From Verrucomicrobiia bacterium (GTDB lineage Bacteria > Verrucomicrobiota > Verrucomicrobiia > Chthoniobacterales > UBA6821): a stretch of DNA of 64,000 nt. Below, one piece after another: positions 55,956-63,175 of the stretch. Every line of letters starts with the position of its first letter. Positions within the stretch are counted from its first letter, which is position 1. The notes below the pieces were generated by a model. That model was not told the DNA's origin. It did no database searches and saw nothing but the letters and a program-made list of their open reading frames with translations. The position numbers and the translations under genes were made by a program. The stretch lies in assembly GCA_040380225.1 (NCBI GenBank), contig JBEIJN010000014.1, positions 1,995 through 65,994 on the forward strand. Direction: 5' to 3'.

Positions 55956-57202
55956 TACCGAGTATTTACACCTCGTCGGAAGTGCCTGTGATAAATCTCC
56001 TTGGCCACGCAGGAAGCCATCCTCGAGACAAACTTGCCGGAAGAGCAACCCTTGGCGACGATTCGGTTCGGGGAGAAAGCTGCGAGAAGAAGCCCAGCCC
56101 CCAACCCTCCGGAAGTTTCATAACCATATTGTGGGAGAAGCTTACCAAAAAGCCCCTCGATGAGGTCTTTTTGCTTATCGCTCAATTCCGATTTCCAGCG
56201 TCCCGACATCTTGGGGCTAACCGTTCCGGAAGCCATCCCATCGGAATCCATTCTCGAAGTATTGGACCCAGCAGAGCGCCCGTAAACCGAGGGAGTGAGA
56301 AGAACCTTGTCAAATCCTATGCCCAGGAACTCAGCGATCCGCTTCATCTCGGCGGAGGTGTTGGCAACGAGATCCTCGTAACGCACGATATGATGAGAAG
56401 CGCTTAGGATTCTGTCGTTTGAAAGTCCAAACCTCATCGAGCTATGGATCGCCTCCATTTCATTGATCAGGGAGAAAGAGCGAAACTTCTTGTGCTGCTT
56501 GCGGGACTGCGCGGCAATGATCGCACCAGGATGACGCACGATGTGCAGGAATTTAGCCTCAGGGAACACTGATGCCAGGCGAAGGGCCTCCTCGGCATTA
56601 CCCGTCGATTTCTCAACCCATCCTTTTTTCACTTGGCCCGAAGGCGCCATCTCCTCCTCGATACTGCAGTATGCCCATGCCATGGCCGAGAGCAGCGACT
56701 CGGAAGAGTCCAAGCCTCTCTTCGTGGTGGCCAGTTCCAGCATCGCGGCGATCCGCGGATAGGCAGCGTGTTCCCTACCCGCAATCCATGTCGGCTCCTC
56801 CCCCGCGATGGGCATCACCAGGGAATGAATCATCGTCTCCAGAAGGGAGGATCGACGGTGTTCCCGCGGGCATTTCATCACAAGATCCATAAATCGGATC
56901 CCATGACCATCGGTTGGTAGCGTGTAAAGCTCAGGATGGCCGTCGAGCAGATTTCTCAAAAGAGTCGTCCCCGACTTGTGGGAGCCGCCGATGAATATCG
57001 GTCTCTGCACGACAGACTCGGGGACAAGCGTGGGATGCAGCCCGGCCGTTGACTGCTCCGCCCGCGCTCTCAGGCTGCTCACCTGATTTCGGAAACGTTC
57101 CGCGGAAGGGTGAGGGGAGACAAGCAGGAATCTCTCGCCGGCGGAGCGGGCTTCATCCAGCGATGCGTCTATATTCTTAAGTGATTGTTCCAGTTCCATC
57201 AT
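55955..57202 (-). CDS. PAPS-dependent sulfotransferase with an N-terminal ~75-aa extension
   Basis: 5'-PSB loop FIGGSHKSGTTLLRNLLDGHP and 3'-PB element FLHIVRHPGAIIAAQS. Confidence 0.75.
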   Translation of the reverse strand: MMELEQSLKNIDASLDEARSAGERFLLVSPHPSAERFRNQVSSLRARAEQSTAGLHPTLVPESVVQRPIFIGGSHKSGTTLLRNLLDGHPELYTLPTDGHGIRFMDLVMKCPREHRRSSLLETMIHSLVMPIAGEEPTWIAGREHAAYPRIAAMLELATTKRGLDSSESLLSAMAWAYCSIEEEMAPSGQVKKGWVEKSTGNAEEALRLASVFPEAKFLHIVRHPGAIIAAQSRKQHKKFRSFSLINEMEAIHSSMRFGLSNDRILSASHHIVRYEDLVANTSAEMKRIAEFLGIGFDKVLLTPSVYGRSAGSNTSRMDSDGMASGTVSPKMSGRWKSELSDKQKDLIEGLFGKLLPQYGYETSGGLGAGLLLAAFSPNRIVAKGCSSGKFVSRMASCVAKEIYHRHFRRGVNTR

Positions 57203-57224
57203 TGGTGCCAGGTCATTTCATTAT

Positions 57225-58460
57225 TCAGTCCAGCACGATCCGTGCAGGCATGCCCGCAATCATCGGATCACATCCTCCGTGACGCATTGCGCGTGATATA
57301 TTGCCATCTCCATCGCAGATCCAGTTTTCGGCGGCTCCGGCTTTGGACAAGAGACCGATGTTTTTGAATATCTGCTCCTCGCTGGTGTCATGGGATTTCA
57401 TATGGACGCAGATTTCGGGAGCTCCCGAGTATGCGGGCAGGCGACATAGAGTGGAACGCCGCGCTTCCGAGATCCAAGCCACATCGGCGACGCGAACACC
57501 ATCCCCGGTCTCGATCGGCACATCGACCAGCACATGCCCGCCCTGCAGCGACCGGGCCAGAAGCGAGCTGATAGCACCGACCATTTCGGCACGTCTCGAT
57601 CCCGTACCTGCTGAAAAATGCGATGCGCCGTGAAGATGAAGCCCCTCCGTGTAGAAGTCCGCCGCCTCCAGCGCGGGCGCATCGCAGACCACCCTTCCTT
57701 GCTGCAGGACGATGGCCCGGTTGCAGAGTTGCTTCACACTCTCGGCGGCATGACTCACGAAGAGAATCGTCACCCCTGAGTTCTTCGTCGCCTCGATCTT
57801 CTCAAGGCACTTCTCCTGGAACGCCGCATCCCCCACGGCCAGCACTTCGTCGAGGATCAGGATCTCCGGATCCAGATGAGCCGCCACGGAGAATGCCAAC
57901 CGGACTCGCATGCCGCTAGAGTAACGCTTGACCGGCGTGTCCATGAACTTCTCGATCTCGGCAAAGGAAAGGATCTGGTCATAGCGATCATCGATTTCCT
58001 TCTTTTTTAGCCCAAGGATACTTCCGTTGAGATAGACATTCTCCCTGCCGGTGAGCTCCTGGTGAAATCCGGTTCCCACCTCCAGGAGACTTGCCACGCG
58101 CCCCTTCATGTATGCTTTTCCCTCGGTGGGAGCAGTTATCCTGGAGAGAAGCTTCAACAGCGTGGACTTGCCGGAGCCATTGCGCCCCATGATTCCCACG
58201 ATGTCACCTTGATGGACTTCAAAGCTTATATTCTTCAGAGCCCAGAAGTCATAGGCCTCCGGCAAGCTGTCCGTATTCTGTTCATGGACACGGCTATTGG
58301 GGTCTGTTTTTCCCAGCTTCCTTGAGACATAGCTCTCGATCTGATCGACCAGCATCTTCCGGGTGATCACCCCCAGGCGGTATTTTTTGGAAAGGCCCTC
58401 GGCACGAATCACGCACTCCTTAAGTGCATTATTCGATATTGTTAATTGGTCATTATGCAT
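57225..58460 (-). CDS. wzt: Polysaccharide ABC exporter ATP-binding protein (Wzt/TagH-like) with an atypical C-terminal domain
   Basis: Walker A GRNGSGKST, signature YSSGMRVRLAFS, Walker B ILILDEVLAVGD. The C-terminal ~135 aa resemble the Uma2/DUF820 fold (see findings). Confidence 0.85.
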   Translation of the reverse strand: MHNDQLTISNNALKECVIRAEGLSKKYRLGVITRKMLVDQIESYVSRKLGKTDPNSRVHEQNTDSLPEAYDFWALKNISFEVHQGDIVGIMGRNGSGKSTLLKLLSRITAPTEGKAYMKGRVASLLEVGTGFHQELTGRENVYLNGSILGLKKKEIDDRYDQILSFAEIEKFMDTPVKRYSSGMRVRLAFSVAAHLDPEILILDEVLAVGDAAFQEKCLEKIEATKNSGVTILFVSHAAESVKQLCNRAIVLQQGRVVCDAPALEAADFYTEGLHLHGASHFSAGTGSRRAEMVGAISSLLARSLQGGHVLVDVPIETGDGVRVADVAWISEARRSTLCRLPAYSGAPEICVHMKSHDTSEEQIFKNIGLLSKAGAAENWICDGDGNISRAMRHGGCDPMIAGMPARIVLD

Positions 58461-58521
58461 TGTTTATTCCTGCCTTAGAAAATCACTTGAATGTATTTTT
58501 CGGTGCTCCTATGCAGCAGAA

Positions 58522-58553
58522 CTCAGGTTTCATGTTTCAGGTTTCAGATTTCG
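58522..58553 (+). repeat. GTTTCAG-type heptamer array in the wzm-wzt spacer
   Basis: CTCAGGTTTCATGTTTCAGGTTTCAGATTTCG, 12 nt downstream of the wzm stop. Confidence 0.65.
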
Positions 58554-58564
58554 TCTCTTTTCCC

Positions 58565-59422
58565 CTACGCCGTATCCACGCTCGTCTGCTCGACTTTGTT
58601 GAAGACGATCAACCCCAGAAAAAGGATCCCGATGCTCAGTGTTGCGCTGATCACGACCTGCCCGAAGGTAACGGTCCCCTGCCCCATGAATGCGCATCGA
58701 AATGCCTCGATCACAAAGACAATCGGGTTCCAATCATACATCCATCGGTAGCTCTCAGGAACCACCTTCAGTGGATAGACCACACAGCTTGCGTACATCC
58801 AGAGCTGCATAAAGAAACCAAGCAGCACCTGGAGATCTCGAAACCTGCTTGTCACTCCAGAAATCAGGCAACCCACCCCCAGACCGAGTGCAGCCATCTG
58901 GATGATGAGTACCGGTAATACGATGATCCTCCAGTCAAGGCGGATAGGCGCCCCGTGGAAGTAAAACCAGAGATAGAACGCAAAGAAGAGGACTAATCCC
59001 ATGGCCAGTCCCACGAGATTGGTGATCAGTTGGGAGATCGGCACGGCCAATCGCGGAAAGTAGACTTTATCGAACATTCCTTGGTTCGAGGTGAAGGTGT
59101 TCGCCGTCTTGGTCACACACTCAGAGAAATACCTCCAGCAGACCGTTCCGGAGAGATAGAAGAGAATCGGCGGAATTTCCCCAGTGGAGATCTTGGCAAC
59201 CCTTGTGAAGACCAGCACGAACATAAGGCTCTGCAGCAGCGGCTGCAGCACATACCAGAAGGATCCCAGAACCGTCTGCTTATACTGGGAGACGAAGTCC
59301 CTGTGGGCCATCAGCCCGATCATCTCCCGGTAGTCCCAGAGTTCCTTGAAGGGGATGTACAGGAGATTACGCCGGGGAGTGATGACCGTAGTCCAGGATT
59401 CGGAAGTTGAAGATGAGGACAT
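58565..59422 (-). CDS. wzm: ABC-2 type polysaccharide exporter permease (Wzm/KpsM/TagG-like)
   Basis: 285 aa, 6 TM. ELWDYREMIGLMAHRDFVSQYKQTVLGSFWYVLQPLL, NPIVFVIEAFR. Confidence 0.8.
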   Translation of the reverse strand: MSSSSTSESWTTVITPRRNLLYIPFKELWDYREMIGLMAHRDFVSQYKQTVLGSFWYVLQPLLQSLMFVLVFTRVAKISTGEIPPILFYLSGTVCWRYFSECVTKTANTFTSNQGMFDKVYFPRLAVPISQLITNLVGLAMGLVLFFAFYLWFYFHGAPIRLDWRIIVLPVLIIQMAALGLGVGCLISGVTSRFRDLQVLLGFFMQLWMYASCVVYPLKVVPESYRWMYDWNPIVFVIEAFRCAFMGQGTVTFGQVVISATLSIGILFLGLIVFNKVEQTSVDTA

Positions 59423-59536
59423 GGGGAATAGTGGAAAGTAGAAAGTTAAAATTGAAAATAAGTGGGGTAGGAGATCAATAGCATGGATATGAAATCATGA
59501 GCTAGTCCGCCTTCATCGAGTTTGTGCAGAAGGTTT

Positions 59537-59971
59537 TCAAATCACGCAAAGATTTTTCTCTTCCGCATCGTTCACTGCAGAAATGGGAATTTTTGTATCA
59601 AATGTCACGAGTCGCCCCTGGCGAGACACTGCCAATCCTAGCAGGTAAAGATCCGTTAAATATCGTGAACTATGAATGCGCTCGCATGCAAAGATGGCTT
59701 TGTTCCGAAGGGAAATGGAATCACCCCAAAATTCATGATCCGTCGAATCGACGAACTGGCGCATCTGGCCGATCAGATCACCGGGCAAGAACTGCATTGT
59801 CCGGCTGTATCCGGGATTGGACATGATGCGTACAGCTCCGTTTTCCGTGAGCGGACAACTGGCCCATCCATCCCCTCCATGCATTGCCCACCAACCATGC
59901 GCCCTCTCGTGAAATGAATGATCCGGATCAAAGAGCGCAATGATCACATTGATATCCAACAATGCCCGCAT
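59537..59971 (-). CDS. vapC: PIN-domain toxin VapC
   Basis: 144 aa. MRALLDINVIIALFDPDH, CPLTENG, YLTDLYLLGLAVSRQGRLVTFD. Confidence 0.8.
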   Translation of the reverse strand: MRALLDINVIIALFDPDHSFHERAHGWWAMHGGDGWASCPLTENGAVRIMSNPGYSRTMQFLPGDLIGQMRQFVDSTDHEFWGDSISLRNKAIFACERIHSSRYLTDLYLLGLAVSRQGRLVTFDTKIPISAVNDAEEKNLCVI

Positions 59972-59975
59972 CGCT

Positions 59976-60215
59976 TCAGATTCCCTCCTGACCCATCAAC
60001 TTTCGGGCATGCTCCAGAGTCACAACCTCACCGCGCGACTGCAGCAATGGAACCCCCCCGCGAGTCACCGGCGATCTCTTTTTTTCGTGCGCGGGAATCG
60101 TCAACCCTCGTCGAGCTAAGACGGAAAGAATGTGGCCGGCGGTACTCCCTTCTCGCTGCGCAAGTTCTTTCGCGGCCTGCAAAACATCTTCCTCTATATC
60201 CAACGTGGTTCTCAT
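59976..60215 (-). CDS. vapB: VapB-type antitoxin
   Basis: 79 aa. MRTTLDIEEDVLQAAKELAQREG is the typical MRTTLDIDDxL antitoxin N-terminus. It lies 4 nt upstream of vapC. Confidence 0.7.
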   Translation of the reverse strand: MRTTLDIEEDVLQAAKELAQREGSTAGHILSVLARRGLTIPAHEKKRSPVTRGGVPLLQSRGEVVTLEHARKLMGQEGI

Positions 60216-60388
60216 GCATCTGATGATAGTGCATCAATCTATCCAAGTCAAACCAAGTTGTGACACCCCTTGTCTTGTTTACCGATAACCGATTACCCAT
60301 TCCCAATCCCCTTTAAAGACCTCCATGCTCTTCATGGTTATTCCATTAAGATTTTTCATTTTCCGCCTATCCCTCCAGTCTTCCGCGC

Positions 60389-60575
60389 CGCTTCCCAGCG
60401 ACTTGGTTCAGGGTACTTTGAACTCGCTTGCTTTGCCTCGGCCTCTCCCTAGGCCCTCGTCCTACGGACTGCTTTGCAGGCTTCATCGTGCCTCCCGGCA
60501 CTCGATGATCGCAAGGCTCGACCCTCTGGGGCTGCTTTCAGCAGTCCTACTCGGTCTTCCCCAGACCTCGTTTCA
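60389..60575 (+). repeat. Full unit of the structured intergenic repeat, bounded by two hairpin+(T)TGGTTCA/TCGTTTCA modules
   Basis: CGC-TTCCCA-GCG-ACTTGGTTCA (60389-60410); TTTGAACTCGCTTGCT (60417-60432, identical to 63980-63995). Hairpins at 60440-60455, 60483-60508 and 60532-60544. GGTCT-TCCCC-AGACC-TCGTTTCA (60553-60575). Confidence 0.65.
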
Positions 60576-60734
60576 CTATCCCCATTTTCCAATTTCCTTA
60601 TTTCTAATTTCTAGATTTCCCAATTTTTCCCTCTCTACTCATTCATCATTCATCATTCATCATTTTGCATTTTCCCCTCCCCTCCCGTGAAGCCGTGGCG
60701 CCCTCTGGGCTACGATTTCATCGTAGTCTACCGC

Positions 60735-60817
60735 GTGCCATCCCAGGCGCTTGGTTCAAGTTTCAGCTTTTCATCTCTGGCACTCGACGCTCGACCCTCG
60801 ACCCTCGACTCAGCTCG
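60735..60817 (+). repeat. Hairpin+TTGGTTCA module, heptamer array and CTCGAC array overlapping the 3' end of the GT2 gene
   Basis: GTGCC-ATCCCA-GGCGC-TTGGTTCA (60735-60758), AGTTTCAGCTTTTCATC, CACTCGACGCTCGACCCTCGACCCTCGACTCAGCTCG (60781-60817). Confidence 0.65.
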
Positions 60818-61629
60818 TCCGCCCACCCCTGCACCATCAGCGGAGGATCCTTGAAGAGGTTCCAGCAGAGGTGATCGAAGATAGAGCGGGGCAATCTGAA
60901 GGGCTGTTTGGAGAGAAGATTACGGATCTGGAAAGAGAGGTTATTCCTATCCAGGGGGCCATTGTGACGCCGGCCAATCCGGGCAATCTCTCTCATCCGC
61001 TTCCACCCTCCCGTGTTGGTCTTTGTATCCTCATAGTAACGGATATTGGCCAGATGCTGAGGAATCGTTACGACCTTCCCGATTTTCGAGAGCTTCAGGA
61101 GCAGATCCCAGTCCATCGCATAGTGCAGAGACTCATCCAGGCCCCCCACTTTCCAGTAGGCATCACGCCTGAAGAACATGGCCGGCTGGACTGCTCCAAA
61201 GGCCCATGACAAACGTTTTGGGCAAAACTCACGAAAAGGAACTTTTTTGATAATACTCCCGTCCAGATCTGTCTTGGCTCCAACTCCGTAGATCACGACT
61301 GTATCCGGGTTTTTAGAGAATGCCTCTTCAACCGCATGGAGAGCCCCTGGGAGAAGGATATCGTCAGAGTTTAACCACCCAACGATCTCTCCAGTTGCCA
61401 CCCTCATTCCCTTATTGATCGCATCACTCTGGCCTCGGTCAGGCTCTACAAAGAGCTTCAGCTTCCCCTCCGTCTCCGCCTTCTTCCAGATCTCGATCAC
61501 CCCGTCAGTCGACCCTGCATCATAGACGATGTGCTCTAGATCCGGGTACTGCTGGACATCCAGCGAGGCCAGCATCTCAGGAGCAAAGACAGCCTGATTC
61601 AGGCTGGGGGTAATAATGGAGATCTTCAT
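60763..61629 (-). CDS. Glycosyltransferase family 2
   Basis: MKISIITPSLNQAVFAPEMLASLDVQQYPDLEHIVYDAGSTDG, LNSDD. Alternative start at 61668. The last ~18 codons are encoded by the repeat arrays. Confidence 0.8.
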   Translation of the reverse strand: MKISIITPSLNQAVFAPEMLASLDVQQYPDLEHIVYDAGSTDGVIEIWKKAETEGKLKLFVEPDRGQSDAINKGMRVATGEIVGWLNSDDILLPGALHAVEEAFSKNPDTVVIYGVGAKTDLDGSIIKKVPFREFCPKRLSWAFGAVQPAMFFRRDAYWKVGGLDESLHYAMDWDLLLKLSKIGKVVTIPQHLANIRYYEDTKTNTGGWKRMREIARIGRRHNGPLDRNNLSFQIRNLLSKQPFRLPRSIFDHLCWNLFKDPPLMVQGWADELSRGSRVERRVPEMKS

Positions 61630-61674
61630 TTCACTATTTTTCTCGGTCTCTACACTGTTGGATTTCACAATTTT

Positions 61675-62817
61675 TTAATTTCCCAACTCCCCTCCATCCA
61701 AAAATCGTGTGCCCTTTTCCAAGTCCATCACAATTGGCTCGGCATCCTTGTAACGCTGACAAAAGCGCTCCAGACCCCCCATGCGTTTCACTCTGCCTGA
61801 TTTCACTTCGATCGCCACAATGCCACGTTGGGTTTTTACAACGAAATCCACCTCGGCGCCACCCTCTCGCCAATACATGACCTCATCATAGCGCCGACAG
61901 AGTTCGGCACCCACCCCGCACTCAAAAAGCCGACCCTTCCATTCGATATCTTGATCGAGCGGAAAAGAATCCCTCTGGGCATTCACCAGCGCCGTATTGA
62001 GCGGGACGATTTTGGGGCTCGATCCCCGCTTTTTTATCTCCGATCCGCTATATTTTTGTAATACCTTGATCAGAAAAGCCCCCTCGAACAGTTCGAGATA
62101 ATGCTTGATTGTAGTTACATTCCCTGACTCCTGCAATTGCCCCAGCAGCTTTTGAAGGGAAATCTCCATTGCAGGATAGGCGAGGCACAACTGAAACGCC
62201 TGCCGGAAAAGAGCCGGCTTGTTCACGACGGCCAGCGACAACAAATCCCGCAGCAGAACCGGCTCAATAATCGAATGGTTGATAAAATCTCTCCACCGGG
62301 AGAAATCCCCAGTGAGTTCCGCCGCCGCCGGATACCCGCCGAATTTTAGAAACTCCTTCAAGCCCCATCCAAAAGCCTCGCGACACTCCGGCAAGCTCCA
62401 GTGTCCTGCGTGAATGACCTCGTAACGACCCGCTAGGCTCTCAGCCATTCCCTTCTGCATCAGCAGGCTGGCCGAGCCTAGCAAAACCACCTTCAAACTA
62501 CGAGATTCGCGATCCTCATCGAAAAGCCTCTTCACTCGCTCACTCCAGCCCGGCACTTTCTGAATCTCATCGATCACCAGCAAAGCCCCCTCACCCATGC
62601 CCCGCGAGATTTTCCAGTTCAACTCGATCCAATCTGCAGTAGGTGGTGCCACCTCATCAGCCGAGGCCAAATGCACAGGCCCCTTCCATCTCTGGGCAAT
62701 TTGTCGGAGCCCCGTGGTCTTTCCCACCTGGTGCGGCCCAGTGACGACCTGAATAAAGTTCAGCCTCTCCTGCAAACGAACTTCTAATTTTTTGCTAAAA
62801 TCACGAAAAAATTGCAT
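61675..62817 (-). CDS. AAA ATPase with a DUF4143-type C-terminal domain
   Basis: 380 aa. P-loop VTGPHQVGKTT, Walker B LLVIDEIQ, C-terminal nuclease-fold-like GAEVDFVVKTQRGIVAIEVKSGR. Confidence 0.7.
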   Translation of the reverse strand: MQFFRDFSKKLEVRLQERLNFIQVVTGPHQVGKTTGLRQIAQRWKGPVHLASADEVAPPTADWIELNWKISRGMGEGALLVIDEIQKVPGWSERVKRLFDEDRESRSLKVVLLGSASLLMQKGMAESLAGRYEVIHAGHWSLPECREAFGWGLKEFLKFGGYPAAAELTGDFSRWRDFINHSIIEPVLLRDLLSLAVVNKPALFRQAFQLCLAYPAMEISLQKLLGQLQESGNVTTIKHYLELFEGAFLIKVLQKYSGSEIKKRGSSPKIVPLNTALVNAQRDSFPLDQDIEWKGRLFECGVGAELCRRYDEVMYWREGGAEVDFVVKTQRGIVAIEVKSGRVKRMGGLERFCQRYKDAEPIVMDLEKGTRFLDGGELGN

Positions 62818-62828
62818 CTCTCAATGAG

Positions 62829-62846
62829 TCTACTATTTTTAGTAGA
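62829..62846. promoter_or_regulatory. Perfect 7-4-7 palindrome upstream of the AAA ATPase gene (candidate operator)
   Basis: TCTACTA-TTTT-TAGTAGA, 12 nt upstream of the ATG at 62817. An extra half-site-like TCTACC sits at 62851-62856. Confidence 0.3.
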
Positions 62847-62960
62847 TGCGTCTACCATTTATTTCATAAGAGAACTTTCCCGATAAAATCAACTCAGCAA
62901 CCTCAAATCCGTCATGACGGAGCCCATGTCCCTTTCCCCTTCCTCCTTGGATCCCTCTTG

Positions 62961-63101
62961 GATTGCCCTTTGCTTCGATCGCTCCCGCGATCCGAACCCT
63001 TGCGGGCTATGCGTCAGCGCATAGGCTACGCCGTGCCCCCCGGCACTCGGCGTTGTGGTTAATAATCGGATCCCCCTTTGCTTCGATCGCTCCTGTGATC
63101 C
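62961..63101 (+). repeat. Two ~34-bp direct repeats (each a UCCC/UCCU-loop hairpin) flanking two further hairpins
   Basis: GGATTGCCCTTTGCTTCGATCGCTCCCGCGATCC (62961-62993) against GGATCCCCCTTTGCTTCGATCGCTCCTGTGATCC (63068-63101). Between them: CTATGCG-TCAG-CGCATAG and ACGCCG-TGCC-CCCC-GGCA-CT-CGGCGT (63028-63053). Confidence 0.65.
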
Positions 63102-63175
63102 ATACACTTCATTTTCCCTCAGGCCACGGGATAAACAAACTTTCTGCGGATGAACCCCCATTTGGGCCCAAGGAC

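Noticed and set aside
59499-59520. ops/JUMPstart-like GGCGGACTAGC upstream of wzm (RfaH-type antitermination signal)
   Set aside because: It differs from the GGCGGTAG core by an insertion, and nothing here indicates that this lineage uses RfaH/ops. The match is too weak to claim.
60325-60690. 121-aa plus-strand ORF in the 0.55-kb spacer. Similar short ORFs: 32007..32267, 29967..30149, 6648..7045, 37877..38304
   Set aside because: They are translations of the intergenic repeat modules and word arrays (low-complexity, Pro/Ser/Leu/Phe-rich). None looks like coding sequence.
62961-63101. Possible CRISPR array (repeated ~34-bp unit with a hairpin)
   Set aside because: There are only two copies, about 107 bp apart. 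The spacer is itself made of repeat-family hairpins, and there are no cas genes in the window.
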